Of a stretch of 64,000 nt of DNA, positions 34,270 to 48,400 are shown piece after piece (positions within the stretch are counted from its first letter, which is position 1; every line of letters starts with the position of its first letter). Position numbers and translations under genes: made by a program. The notes under the pieces are model-generated. The model searched no databases and was not told the origin of the DNA. It saw only the letters and a program-made list of their open reading frames with translations. Source of the DNA: Rhynchobatus australiae (lineage: Eukaryota); contig JAUZTB010000027.1 of NCBI GenBank assembly GCA_034780895.1, positions 23,726,886-23,790,885 of the forward strand, given 5' to 3'.

Positions 34270-34365
34270 AGAACTTACAGTTGTTTAGCACTTTTCCCAA
34301 CCTTAAGATGTCATAAAGCACTTTACAGACAATGAACTTTTGAAGTGGAATCACTGTTCTAATTC
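34270..34365 (-). mobile_element. Deu-SINE/L2-type tail fragment
   Basis: tagcacttttcccaaccttaagatgtcataaagcactttacagacaatgaacttttgaagtggaatcactgtt. Confidence 0.55.
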
Positions 34366-35489
34366 TTATTTACGTTGCAACATATAGGTCAAGCTGTGAA
34401 AATGTAGCATTTCCCAATGACAACCAATGTCAATAGACTTTGTTTCTGTGTTTGGGTAAACCTGGTGAGAATATCAACTGACAATTGGTGACAAATTGAT
34501 AGTGTCTCTCCAGCAGGGCAAAATAGGCTAGAATATTAAAGTTTTTCAGCAGATGTAGAACGGTAATATTCAGTATTAACCAAAATAAAGTCCAGTTGAT
34601 ATTATCTTCAAGCATGTATATTATCATAGCTATCATGATAATATCTCAAAAGTTATGATAGTCCATGGATTTCAATTTATAATAACACACTGCCTGTAAT
34701 AAACTCACAACATAAAAGAATTTATACTGGTTACTGTATTTGCATTGGCTCAGTGCCAAACACAATTCTATTAGAGTTCTAAGATTAATGCTAGGCTATT
34801 GGACCCAACAATTCAAAATACATAAATAATCTAACAACAGAGAATATCTCATAAACTAATCGCGTGTGGTATGATCTATTACTCACAGTAGAAAGTCATT
34901 CTAGATTGCAAATGAAACAATGACTATATTAAAATCAAATCAGATCCTATTTTTTCCTGTTTCCTTAGATGAAAATTTCATTTTAAATTTTTTCTTTTAA
35001 AATGATTCCTCATTTTATTTTGCATGGTAAGAAATGAGAAATAGTCTCCCAGCAGAAGAATACTTCTCCAGAACTACCAACAGTCAGATTTTTTTTAATG
35101 GGAGTCATAAGAATTACAGGTGTCTCTGTGTCACCATTGTTCTTCAAAAGATCACAGCTCACCAAGAGTTTCACAATCTACACATCTTTGACCTCGAGTT
35201 ATTAACTAATTTTAGAGCAAATCATCCATTAAAATATACAAGATAAGTTGGGAAGATTTTGGACAATTATGACTATGGCTGAATAATTTGTGCAAAGATA
35301 TCTATGTGAGCTTCCAAATGAAGCAGAAATACTTGAAACAAGTTGTATTCAACACAACTGCTGCCTTAGTGAATTTGATTGCTCTCTCCCCATTTCCAAT
35401 GTTTTTATTTTGGATTTCCACTTTTCAAAGTAAGGCACTTGGAAAATTAGTATGAAATGACTAAATATCAGATTCCATAATAAAGATGT

Positions 35490-35805
35490 GTGTTCCCTCT
35501 TGTTCCTCTATTTCTATGGCCTTCACAGCTCTGTATGCCTCTAAGAGCTCAGTGCTCCTCCATCCTTTCTTGTGCTTCACCATTTGTGGCTTGGCCATCA
35601 GATTTCTAGGCTATTAGCTCTGGAACTCTCATAGGTTGTTCTGTCTCTCTTCTTGAAGGTGCTCTGTAAAATCTCTCTCTTTTAGTTACATATTTTAATG
35701 TTTCTTTTGGCTCACTGTTCTTTTTCCTCAAGTTCATTGTTGTGAAGCTCCCTAGGATGTTCTACTGTCTTTAAAGGTGGTTTATAAATGCAAGTCGTTG
35801 TTCAT
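35490..35805 (+). mobile_element. L2 LINE 3' relic
   Basis: caccatttgtggc..agctctggaactc..tgtgaagctccctaggatgtt..ttaaaggtggtttataaatgcaagtcgttg. Confidence 0.6.
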
Positions 35806-36654
35806 CTGTGCCCAGACCTTTGCCTGTACTGCCCTGAAACTACCTTCAAGAAGCTGCATTATGTGAGCTTGCATTACTTAAACTCAAGATTCTTCTATAT
35901 CTTCCAGACTGCAAATTTTCAATGTGACCTGCAGTATGTGGACAACTAAAAGGCCACAATACAGAGCAACAGCAATATGAAAATAACACAATGAATATGA
36001 TAAGTAAAATCATTTTTAGTAGTTACCAACCATGTTTGTCTCTAAAAATATCAATACCCAAATAGGTACAATCTGCCACTTCATTTCAGAAGTGCATACT
36101 AATGGGAAAAGTGCTTTAATTAATTGCAGATCACTGCTGTTGTGCACTGTTTGGAATTCTCCCTTTTTTTGTGAATCTGATTGTAAAAGAAATACTGTTA
36201 TTCTTGCATGTTTGTGAAAGGTTTCCCAGATTTTTACTTACATTTCTTCCAGAAATCAGAAAAAAAAATTGAATCAGGTATTTAAAGATGCAACAACTGG
36301 GACCAGAGATAAATAAGCTGAAGAAAATTAGAATAAGGCTTTAAAGGAGGGATGAGGATCAAAAGCCACTTTCAGGCTCCACCACTAACAGTGAGCTGTT
36401 CCGCCAGCTTATCTACAGCCATGGAAAACACAATGTAGAAATACTGGGACTCACAGAGGCATGCAAAACACATGCAGTAAGAATGTGGACCAAGGTAATC
36501 TGTTGTTGTTTGTACACTTTTCACTTTGGTTTTATTAATATGGTTTAGAGGATGAATTTAATTGGGCCTTGTTTCGTCAATTGGACTCTAACGTAATCAA
36601 GAGCCAAGGGAAGCTGTGATAGGAACTGTGTGTGTATGTAATTTTGCTAGCTCT

Positions 36655-36835
36655 TTGATTTTATTCACTCATGGGTTGTGGTCATTACTGAGAAGAATGT
36701 TCACTAATCATCCTTAACTGCTCTTGAGAAAGTGTCGAGGATCTTATTCCACTGCAGTGCTTGTGTTGTTGAAGGTACTCTCACTGTACTGCTAGCTGGA
36801 TGTTCTCAAACTTTAGCCCATTAATAGTTATAAAA
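36655..36835 (-). mobile_element. 3' end of an older CR1-like family
   Basis: ttattcactcatgggttgtgg..catccttaactgctcttgagaaagtg..cactgcagt..gaaggtactctcac. Confidence 0.6.
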
Positions 36836-36842
36836 TGTGTTA

Positions 36843-38530
36843 GATAAACATAGAACAGTATAGCACAGAACAGGCCCTTTGGCCCACAATGCTGTGCTGA
36901 CATAGCTCATCCCTCCTACCTACAGAATGCCCATATCCCTCCATTTTCCTCTCACTCATGTGCCCATTCAAGCCCCTCTTAAAAGCCATCAATGAATTTG
37001 CCTCCACCACCCTATCAGGCAACGCATTGCAGGCATCCACCACTCTGAGTAAAAAAAACTTAACCCTCTGTTCTGATCCTACCCCCTCTCACCTTAAATG
37101 CATGCCCTCTGGTCTTGGATCGCTCAATAATGGGAAAAAGATAGTGCTTGTCCATCCTATCTATGCCCCTCATAATTTTATACACTTCCAGCTGATCACC
37201 CTTCAGCCTCCTCTGCTCCAGAGGAAAGAGCCCAAGTTTGTCCAGCCTCTCCTGGTGGCACATGCCCTCTAATCCAGGCAGCACCTAGTAAAGCTCCTCT
37301 GCACCCTCTCTGAAGCCTCATTATCCTTCCTATAGTGAGGTGACCAGAACTGCACACAATACTCTAAATGCGGCCTAACCAGAGTTCTATAGAGATGCAT
37401 CATGACTCCTGTACTCAGTACCTCGATTATTGAAAGCAAGCATTACACAAGCCTTCTTAACCACCCTCTCTAAAGCCTCCACATCCTTCCTATAGTGAGG
37501 TGACCAGAACTGCACACAATACTCTAAATGCGGAGATNNNNNNNNNNNNNNNNNNNNNNNNNNNNNNNNNNNNNNNNNNNNNNNNNNNNNNNNNNNNNNN
37601 NNNNNNNNNNNNNNNNNNNNNNNNNNNNNNNNNNNNNNNNNNNNNNNNNNNNNNNNNNNNNNNNNNNNNNNNNNNNNNNNNNNNNNNNNNNNNNNNNNNN
37701 NNNNNNNNNNNNNNNNNNNNNNNNNNNNNNNNNNNNNNNNNNNNNNNNNNNNNNNNNNNNNNNNNNNNNNNNNNNNNNNNNNNNNNNNNNNNNNNNNNNN
37801 NNNNNNNNNNNNNNNNNNNNNNNNNNNNNNNNNNNNNNNNNNNNNNNNNNNNNNNNNNNNNNNNNNNNNNNNNNNNNNNNNNNNNNNNNNNNNNNNNNNN
37901 NNNNNNNNNNNNNNNNNNNNNNNNNNNNNNNNNNNNNNNNNNNNNNNNNNNNNNNNNNNNNNNNNNNNNNNNNNNNNNNNNNNNNNNNNNNNNNNNNNNN
38001 NNNNNNNNNNNNNNNNNNNNNNNNNNNNNNNNNNNNNNNNNNNNNNNNNNNNNNNNNNNNNNNNNNNNNNNNNNNNNNNNNNNNNNNNNNNNNNNNNNNN
38101 NNNNNNNNNNNNNNNNNNNNNNNNNNNNNNNNNNNNNNNNNNNNNNNNNNNNNNNNNNNNNNNNNNNNNNNNNNNNNNNNNNNNNNNNNNNNNNNNNNNN
38201 NNNNNNNNNNNNNNNNNNNNNNNNNNNNNNNNNNNNNNNNNNNNNNNNNNNNNNNNNNNNNNNNNNNNNNNNNNNNNNNNNNNNNNNNNNNNNNNNNNNN
38301 NNNNNNNNNNNNNNNNNNNNNNNNNNNNNNNNNNNNNNNNNNNNNNNNNNNNNNNNNNNNNNNNNNNNNNNNNNNNNNNNNNNNNNNNNNNNNNACCTGT
38401 GTAGCCACTTTCAATGAGCCATGGATTTGCACCCCAAGGTCTCTCTGCTCTTCAACACTGTTAAGGGTCTTACCCTTAAGAGTGTACTGTCTCTTGACAT
38501 TAGTCCCACCAAAGTGCAACACCTCACTAT
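36843..38530 (-). mobile_element. Relatively young CR1 LINE 3' fragment (interrupted by an 857-N gap)
   Basis: EVLHFGGTNVKRQYTLKGKTLNSVEEQRDLGVQIHGSLKVATQ and MLPGLEGMCHQERLDKLGLFPLEQRRLKGD; tail aaacatagaacagtatagcacagaacaggccc. Confidence 0.92.
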
Positions 38531-38574
38531 AGGAGGTAATCTTGCAGCTGATTGTGTGACCAGGTGACTGATGG

Positions 38575-38725
38575 ATTTGACCCATTATTTTTGCCTATCA
38601 AGTCAATGCCAGCTCTCAGAGAAACTCAATTTATTCTACTTGCCCACTTATTTCCTGTAACCTGTGCTCTCCAAATGCCTATCAACTCCCCACCCAGCTA
38701 CACTAAGGGTAGTTTACAGCTACCA
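38575..38725 (-). mobile_element. HE1-type SINE 3' fragment
   Basis: gcctatcaagtcaatgccagctctc..cacttatttcctgtaacct..atcaactcccc..cactaagggtagtttacag. Confidence 0.45.
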
Positions 38726-38929
38726 TCATTACTGTTGATGGTGACCACAGTGCACTGCAGAACTGGCAATAGCATGAATTTTCAGGATGGCTAGCGAGAC
38801 TGCAAGTGAAACAAGCAGCTTGACTTTAAGCTGCTTTGGGTTTGCTGGGGCTGCAATGACCTGGACAAATAGAGGACAGTGTTCACGTAGTGGTGCTAAA
38901 CTCATCCAAACAACTGGAAAACCTTCTCT

Positions 38930-39375
38930 GTGTTTAGTTAGAGCTGCACTCATCTATGTGGAGAGAAAGCTCACTTCAGTGCAGCAGAAGCTGCATTCAT
39001 TGAAGAAATGGTATAGTTTTCAGTGCAATTGGAGCTGTACTCATCCAGAATTGTAGAGAACATTCTTTCACAACCCTGACTTATTCTTTGCAAATGGTGG
39101 AAAAGCTTTCCAAATTTGGGATTAATTGTTCATACCTATGTAATACCAAACCTCTGAGGTGGTCTTGTGGCCACAGAAATAATTGCCTGATTTGATCAGT
39201 TTCTGGTGAACAGTGATCAACAATATGTTGATGGTGAAAATAGTAATCCTTGTGAATGCTAAGGGGACATGATGGACTTTCTCTTGTTGGAAATTGCTGT
39301 TATCTTGTACTTGTGTGACATGAGTGTAACTAGCTTCATGAGTACATGCTAGTACATTGTCCACGTCTTGTGATT
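38930..39375 (-). mobile_element. Older CR1-like RT fragment (likely continuation of 36655-36835)
   Basis: ggagctgtactcatccag..atggtggaaaagcttt..tcttgtggccacag..cagtttctggt..ttctcttgttgga..ttgtccacgtcttg. Confidence 0.6.
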
Positions 39376-42300
39376 ATGTAAGACAGGCTCGTAGGCTGAA
39401 ATAAACGTATGATCACCCATATCCTGACAGCACATTCCAGGGTTCTTCTGCTGTCATGTAACTCCTTCTCTCAGGTGTAGTCTTGCCAAAGCCCAGTAAC
39501 AACACAAATACATTCTTCTCTTCAATACAATTCAGTTCTACAAAAGAAACCTTACCTCTTAATCAGTCTCCAACAATTCCACAAGACATTTAGCATCCCT
39601 TTAAAATTTGCTACAAAGGGGTTCTTCCTGCTGTTCAGATCAAGTTTCCTGTGAGTGGTTCATATAATCAGTTCAGTGCACTGTCAAGGCCCAAGGTCAG
39701 TAACCTTCAAATCCGCATTACACAATGTCAGCAACTACCTTCTCTGTATAACTCTGGCAATGCACACATGGAACCTCACCAATCAACCTGATAAGAAGCT
39801 TGAGAATTACTGGAAAGTTCCACTTTCACGTACCATCACAATCCTGACCAAAACTGTAGATTAAATGGTGGTAGCAATTTTGTTTCCTGGCTATTTACTC
39901 CTGTTCAAAAGCATCTTTAGAACTTGTAACAATCCCCTAAGTAAACATCAGTGTGGTGATGCCAGGAAAGCTGAGGTCCATAACATCAGGATGTGGACCG
40001 CCTTCATAAACTAACAAGCAAAATGTAGGGATGCGGTAGGAGTCTGGGAGAACAGCAGTCACTACCTGCACTAGCTTTAAGCAGCAGAACTGCATGGCCA
40101 AGCTAACAAAAATGCACTGGGCATTCTGCATTATAGAAAATCAAAAAGAAAGGGAAGCAAATAATTAAGAAAGAAAGGAGATCAAATGCAGGANNNNNNN
40201 NNNNNNNNNNNNNNNNNNNNNNNNNNNNNNNNNNNNNNNNNNNNNNNNNNNNNNNNNNNNNNNNNNNATTATTGTATAATACATCTTGTATTATTAATGA
40301 TTAATTACTTATATATGAATTACAATTTCAAGCATGCACAAAATATCACAACCCTATTGTGATTTCAAGAGAAAATCAAACCAGGCTGTGGAAAATTTAT
40401 TTGGTTTCATATTCATCAACAAGAAAAAGCTTGAACAAAAGTTATTTTGTTTTAAGGTTGGATCTGGAATTCTGATATCTTTCTCTATATAGATTGCAAT
40501 GAAACTTAAACTAAACATATTCTAATGTGTAAGCTTTTATGGTTGTTTTGAAAAATTCATGATGAATCTCAACATGAGTATTGAAATATTGAATCCCAAT
40601 AATAATGATTAATATTGGTTCTTTTTGCAATATGAACTACATTTCACCAAATAAGGAATGGTTATGTAATAATTGCAGCAACATTCTTGGATATTTTGTC
40701 ACAGTTAAAAATGCAAGTGTGGGATATATAATGCAATTCTGCTTAGTTCCAAAACTACATACTGGAATCAGGTTGTTAATACGAATGTTTCCTGTCCTAA
40801 ATATTTAAGGAAAAATGCAGAAAATATTGTTCACCTTAAAAAAAATTAAGTCAAATAGCAACTCAACCACACTACCAAGAACACATTAATGACTGGAATA
40901 AGACTTCCTGTAAATAGTGTGTGCAAAACCCATACAAGTGTGATAAGATCAGGTTCCACTAAAGTTCACGTCACAGTTAGGAATATTGGATCTACATTAC
41001 TGCATTTAACAATTTGCTAGATTGGTTGGAAAATATTTGTTTACCTCAGATAAGTGGGTAAGGTACTTTACAGATCCTTATATTTGCGAAAAAGTACAGG
41101 GGCTTAGATCTATGAAAACCACCTTTTCTTTGTGGGACTTGAGCAACTGAAAAATCCATTTCAAGTTTAAAATTGCTCCATTCACTATTCATCAGTAACT
41201 ATTTTCAGGTGCATTTCCTAAGGAAGTTACTTTGGCACTGAGCTCTTTTGCTTATAATTGGCCAATTATCTCAGAATGTCACAAAATGTCTTTTTGAAAT
41301 TGATTTCAAGGAATGGTGTGTCTGATCGTGTTTGACCCTTAACCTCTAGGCCCAGCAATAGATATATTTCCAATATATTGGAAATCTTTTTCTTTCCCCC
41401 AAAGAGTCATCTGTTAACAAAACATACATTTGTGAATATTTTAAACAAAAGAACTTAAAAACTAAATGAACAACCTTTTAACAAAATGCTAAAACTTCTA
41501 TTCTGAGCAACAATCTATTTGTGAAGAAAACTAATGGAAGGATTGAATATGTATTTACCTTAGTATTCAAATTTAAAACAAAGCCACAAATGTATTTACT
41601 AAATGTTTAAAGTAGCTATGGTATTGCTTGGCTGATTAACTGCATAGCTAAGGTGCCAGGAGACACTTCCGCCAGCTAAACTTTGGCTTTACTGTGAAAA
41701 ATAGCACAGTACCTCAAGTGTCATTTCAAAGCCAACTGTTAAAACTTCCGTTAATCACAGTGGCATTCAGTTAACTGTGAAACCATTCAGTACACACCAC
41801 AGCTACAAGTTCTGCTTGATGCGGAAATTAAGGTCAACAACCAGAAATATGCATCGGGGTGATGTAAATATAAGGGTTTGCAAGGAGCTAAAATTATAAT
41901 GGGAAATCATTGATTTGGAACTCAGAACAAAGAAGTTAGTGCAGACTCACAGATTAGTGTAGAAATAGCATCAAATTCCAAGCTGTCAAACCCTCAGCGA
42001 TTAGAACTATTTGAGCCTTGCAGTGCATTCCTCATTTTTACCTTTGGGTTCCAGTGCACTCCAGCAGAGTAAATGTGAAATAAAGGTTTCAGTGTTAAAA
42101 GGAAGGAAAAATATGAACGATTGTTTATTGATTCATCTGAATGCTGTAAGGGTCCATTCATTCTAGAAAGTCCATACTCATCACTTTGCAATGCATAAGT
42201 AATCAGATCTGCTGGTACTGACAGTGAATTTGTTAATTACTTGAAATTTTCTATGGGCTTTTATTGTGTTTGATAATAATCTTTAAAAAATTCCAAAAAG

Positions 42301-44049
42301 GTGTTTGCAACTGGCTTTAGAGTAATTCTATAATATATTTACTACAATTTCAGAAAGTGGTTACGTGTCACATAAAACTGTAATTAATTATACAACAGAA
42401 TCCACTTTTCTATAAAAATATTTTCACAAAATAAGNNNNNNNNNNNNNNNNNNNNNNNNNNNNNNNNNNNNNNNNNNNNNNNNNNNNNNNNNNNNNNNNN
42501 NNNNNNNNNNNNNNNNNNNNNNNNNNNNNNNNNNNNNNNNNNNNNNNNNNNNNNNNNNNNNNNNNNNNNNNNNNNNNNNNNNNNNNNNNNNNNNNNNNNN
42601 NNNNNNNNNNNNNNNNNNNNNNNNNNNNNNNNNNNNNNNNNNNNNNNNNNNNNNNNNNNNNNNNNNNNNNNNCTGTTAATGTAAATGATTGCCTGTGGAG
42701 AATTAATCATAGTTGGAATGTATTCATATTGTAGATTCTGCAGCAATATAACAAACTACATTTAATATAGCACAAGTCCTTTAAAGTTTCAAAAATGTAC
42801 TTGGAATTTCCTTCGGCTAACTCTTTGAATTTGGTTCAGAATATATTATGACCAGAATTTGCCCAGGAAAGGCTTATTGATGATCAAAAGTCAGTTAAAT
42901 GTTAAAGGTTTATTACATGGCTGATGGGGCAGTCAGTTCAAAAGTACTTTTTGAATCAGTTAAAAATAACATTTAAAACATTTTTGAATGCTCTAGTTCA
43001 TTTTACACCAGTTGCAGTAATGCTGCCGAGTCTTTGAGATGCTTTTATATTACTTGCCTACATTCAATTTGGCCTACTTGGTTTAACTTGAAATTACTTC
43101 ACAGTAACACAAAATGTGCAGTATTTAAAGTTTATCTCCATCTACAAACCCTAAACTGTTGCCACTACCCTGAAACCTCACATTTGCCATTATAAAGAAG
43201 TAACTGTAATTACCTATCTCAAGGTCAATTTTGTGGTAAATTTGAAAGTCACAATTGGCTTTACAAAGTTAAGGTTAAATTGGCTTAAAGTATTAAAACG
43301 CTTGGGTTCCTTACTCTGGTGTAAATTTAAAAAGCTCCAATACGAGCTGTCTTAATAAGAAGAGATTTTCCTCAGTTGGGATTTTCATAGCTCAGAGTCA
43401 TTTCATTGCTATTTTTATAGCTGGTATTTAAAGAAATACTAACGTAAAACTGCTGTTATGGGCTCTTCTGTTCCCTGGAAAGTACTCAATATAGCACTAA
43501 CTTCTTGTTGAACATTGTGTGTAAATACTGAATACTGCATATAAAGAGATCTTTGATGAAATGCACCAAATCTCTCCATGGTTCTTTCACAGTAGGTAGC
43601 CCACACACATCCTTTTACTGTTCGCTCACTGTAATGAACTGCAAATAGAATAGAGCTTTACATTATTGAGCAGGAGGACATTTTTTCATAAAGCTAGTAT
43701 CAATGTTGGCAGAGCAAATACTCCAACTCTAGATGAGAGATGCCTTCTCCGCCACCAAAAACAGATGACACATTTCTGAAACACTTCTGCAGCTAAAGGC
43801 CCATTGAATGTCTAAAAGAAAAACTCTTCTGTGAAGGCTAAGAAATGTTGGAATCATCACACATTAATAATACATTTATTCACATACTTTACTACACAGA
43901 ACAAACCTTGACATTCTTTAAATTTTATGAACACCGGCATTAAAATCACAGCAGCAAAGTTTTTACATTGTATTTGGTAATCCAGTGAAGGCTGAATGTA
44001 TTTTGTATATTAAGTCTCAATTTGTGGAGGAAACAGAGTCAAATATCCT

Positions 44050-45455
44050 TTTCAGATACAGAAACAGAAAATGTTGGAAAGACTCAGTAGGTCAGACAGG
44101 ATCTCTGGAAAGAGAAACAAAGTTAACATTTCTCATTAAAACTGAGAAAGAAAGAAAACAAGCTTATTTTGAGTTGCAGATAAAGGGAGAGAGGTATGGA
44201 TAGGGCAAGGGAATATCTCTGATAGAGTGAGGCCCAGGTTACTGTAGGAATAGCTTGTAGAGGTTATTTGGTCAATGGTTTAATGGGGCAATAGAGAGAG
44301 AAAACAGACGAAGGCTATGAAATGAGGGCAGTTAGAGAGTGAGAATACAAACAAAGGAATATTAAAGTTGCAAAATGCAGAGCTGTAGAATATGTCTGTA
44401 GGTCAAGTTATGCTAATGTAGGCAGGAAAACTAGATCAATGTTACAGATGGATGACTTGCAGAAGAAATGGCCTGTTCTGATAGAGACTGAGAAAGCAAT
44501 TTATCTGCATTTGGAGAATTCAATATCGAATCTGGAAAGCTGTACAATTCTATGAACCTAAGAGAGACTAAATTGCTTGGGCCTGTATTCTTTGAAGTGT
44601 AGAAGAATGAGGGGTGACATTGAGACAAGTCGAGGCATGACAGGATACATGTTGAGATGTTTTCACTGGTGAGAGAGTGAGCAGACATAGTTACAAGGGG
44701 ACGGTCATTTAAGATGGAGGTGCATGGAAACTTCTTTTCACAGAGGGTATTGAATATCTGGAATTTGCTACCCCAGAGGCTTGTGGAAGCTAGATCATTA
44801 GAATATTTAAGGTGGAAGTAAATAAATTTTAAAAATATTAGGGAATTGAAGATGGCTATGGGGAACCAGCACAGATGAGGGGTTGAGGCCAGCATAGATC
44901 AGTCATGATCATATTGAATGCCAGGGCAGGCTTGAATTAAAATGGCCTACTCCTATTTTCTTGTGAAAGAAGAGATGATCTTCAAGCTTTTTATAACAGT
45001 ATAGGAGGCCACAGACAGGTCACAATAGGAGTGAGATAGAGAAATAAAAATGGCAGGCAATAAGGGGCACAGGGTCACCCTTACAGAATGAATGCTGATG
45101 CTCTGTAAAGTGGTTGATCAATCTGCATATGGTTTTGTCAATGTTGAGGAGACCACATTGGACAAAGCACAAGTGAATCATTGCTTCACCTGGAAAGACT
45201 GTTTGGGTCCCCAGAGTGTGGGAAGGGAAGAGGTACAAGGACAGGTATTGCTGTTCCTGCAGCTGATGGGAAAGTGCCTTAAGACAGGGAGTGGTTGCTG
45301 GGGATGAAGGTGGACCAGGGAGTCGTGAAGGAAATGGTCCCTTCAGAACACTGATAGAGAAGATGCATCTGGTGATGGAATCTTGTAGAAGCTGGCAGAA
45401 ACTGCCAAGATTAACTAGTTGAATGCAGCAGCTGTTAGGGCTTAGGGCTGACAAT
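44050..45455 (-). mobile_element. Degenerate Penelope-like element (GIY-YIG plus terminus), split by a CR1 insertion
   Basis: Minus-strand GPKQSFQVKQ and QCGLLNIDKTICRLINHFTEHQHSFCKGDPVPLIACHF; terminus gactcagtaggtcagacaggatctctggaaagagaaac at about 44080. Confidence 0.8.
44548..44965 (+). mobile_element. CR1 3' fragment nested in Penelope
   Basis: gggcctgtattctttgaagtgtagaagaatgaggggtgac..aacttcttttcacagagggtattgaatatctggaat..aatggcctactcctattttcttgtg. Confidence 0.85.
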
Positions 45456-48400
45456 GAAGTTATTTCCAGATAGAAACTGCTGACCCAGCAGGGTCATGGT
45501 GACGTTCAAAGAGTTTTTACTGCAGGGCCTCATTCACGTGTACCTGGACAACTTTCCCACCAAAATGTCTTGAAATTTGTTGAGAAGCAGTTGTTAGAAT
45601 TGGGCAGCAAAGTGGACCATCACTGGTACCAGGGTTGATCTATAGGATGATGGAGAGAGAAAGAGTGACTTAAGCTTTCCTTGTAGGGCCCTGAGTACTT
45701 ATGGACAGCAAGAGATCTTAAGAGCTGTTCTACATTTTAGGGATTCTTATGGCCTTGTGTGTGTTTTTTGAAAGCTTGGGCTTGTTATGGAAACCACTCC
45801 ATGCTTGGACTTCTGCTGTGTAACTATTGAAGTTCAACCCTAATGATAACACTTGAGCCCAGCCAGCCCAAAGAAGGACCCATCAGCTGTGTGTGGATGG
45901 CCTTGCCACTTGAATTTTCTCCCCCTAATTTATGCTGATGAGCAGTTTTGGATACTTTAAAAGATGAACAAGGACATGGAACTGCAGAACTTAATGCATT
46001 ATATTGACAAAAATGGCATAAATGAGATGTTACAGCAGGACTATACATTACAATGCAAATCTCTCCTTTTCTCACATTGGTTCAGATGTAAATTGCACTA
46101 TTTGCAGAAAAGCAGGCCCAGTGCCTTGGCAGTTGTCCCTTCAAACAGTAATAGTAAAAAGAAAAAGCTAACCAGCTGATTGCTCTAATTTCAGAACAAA
46201 CTTATTTTCACATTTACCTACATGTCAAAATAACACTTAAAAGTAACCCATTGCATACATAAGCACTTTTGGATACTATCACTGTTTTATAGACACTATG
46301 AAATGCAAGTTAAATCTGTGCCTGTTTGCTTCTGTTTAGAATACTTCAAAGGGAGAAACCTTAATCCATTATCCATTCTTTAATCAATAAGTGGCATTGA
46401 ACATCTTGTTTACATTTTCATTTTCGTACACTTTATTCTCTTTATGTAATGAAGCAAACACATTTCTGTATCTGGAATTTTTGCATAGCTTAAATTTTCT
46501 TTGTTATTAATATATGTGAATTCCAAAAACAGATGAATGACACTGGCTATGATTTATTATTTGATGTGTATTTTTGGTTTTCTGTACCAAGCAAAAGTTC
46601 TAATTTGTTACAGCTATTGCTTATGAATGTTAATTTCTTGATCACCAACAAGATTACTCTCAAAAATTCTCAAAATAAAGAGCTGCTGTCACAAGCAGGG
46701 GGTTGAGTTTGTGGACTGTTTAGGTTCAATGCTCAAAGATGAGAACAACTGAATTCCCAAGATTCCCGGCACTAATGGTGATCTGCACAAAACTCCACAA
46801 TATGTGTGTTTGTGGTCAACTAAAATAAATACCTCATTTCCAAGAAAGAGAACAAACATACATTTCTACCACCATCCTGAGCACAATACTTCTTCATTTC
46901 TACCGTGCATGAGATCATCCAGGACCAGTGAATTCTGGAAAAAAGTTGCATGACTATAGAATTTCCAATTATATTTCTTTTCTGATTGTATATTTGTACT
47001 TGTGGGAATGAGCTCCCTACACACAACCACTTCCCTTAATGACCATTCAAGTGTATAGTGTGATCTGAATGTCATAATCTGAATTTAATTCAGATTGTGA
47101 ACAGTCAAGATAATATCTAAAAGTTTTTATTTGGTGCTCTATGTAATGAAGTAGAAATTCTAAATGAAAACATACAATTAATTGAAGTTTAAGGCAATTT
47201 CAATATTCAAGTAATTAGTCATCTTAAAGTGCTCTTTAAAAGGTAAATCCAGTGTGTTTCCTGACAATGATTAGTGAAGAAGGTATTTTCTACAAAGAGT
47301 GTCAGTTTAAAAAATACTATAACTTAGGTTTCACTGAAATGTTAAAACCTAACAGCAAACACACCTCGATTTACTATCAGACACAATGCATAAATGATAG
47401 GGAAGGTTAAAAAGACAACTTTGAAGGTATTCTCTTTTTGCTGGAGGAACCATAAAGTCCCCATAACATCTTTGAGTACACACCAACAGAGGATTCAGTC
47501 AGGCTTAATGCATTGAGATGACTGCCTATATTTGTGCAGCAATTCTGGCATTAAGTCATTGTGTTCCAAGTCTCTGGTACAGAACTCCCACTTCTGCATT
47601 AAAAACAAATCACATCCTGCAAGTGTGGCTTATAAATTTCTAAAACCTTGTGTCAAAAAGATTGAGGAAATTCAAATGGTTTTGTGCAGAGCCTGATCTT
47701 CTTTGATTTCTTATGCTGATTCCATAAAACATCTGGACTTCTTTAACATTCTTTGCATACAAATGAGAAATTCATTAAGATTTCATGCATTTTCATTGGT
47801 CTTCTACAGGAGTAGATTTAAGCTGCAAAATGCAGGCACTGCAGGAATAGTTCATATTTATAAAGTTTTTTAGTGAACTGTTTGGCATTTTTAAAATAAA
47901 ATTTTTAATCTGCTGTCTGTATTTTTCAATGTTTTATTGGCTTCTTGAGGCTTATACAAAAGCTTACACAGTTGTATTTTATTTCACAGTGGCACTATCT
48001 GATGTAGAGGTGATGACTTCAGAAACTAATGTTGACACATAGAAAGGGGCTTACAGGATAGGTTTGGCATTTTCTTTGGATTTTTTTCACACTAATTATG
48101 CTGGTTTACTATGGTTTTTATTATTGATATAAGCTAAAGTAACAAAAAATTTTGGGGTAAATATTATTGGCAATGACTGACATAGAAATTAACAAAAGTT
48201 TAGGAATATCTTTTGACTGAATGCTGATGGAGGATATTCAAGCTTTGAGCAAGTTAACATTTTAATTTTCTTGTTTATGTAGTTAGTGACAACTAGATCT
48301 TGTCTTCTTTCTGCAATTCTCTCTCTTTGGTGTTAAAGGGATGAGAAGGAAATGAGACAATTTTCATGTGTTGGCATTAATCTTAATTATGTTATACACT

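Noticed and set aside
37314-37533. About 60-bp duplication inside CR1
   Set aside because: It lies next to an assembly gap in a high-copy repeat and is probably a mis-assembly.
37500-38585. ORFs of 305-353 aa
   Set aside because: They consist almost entirely of N-derived X; the real parts are CR1 fragments.
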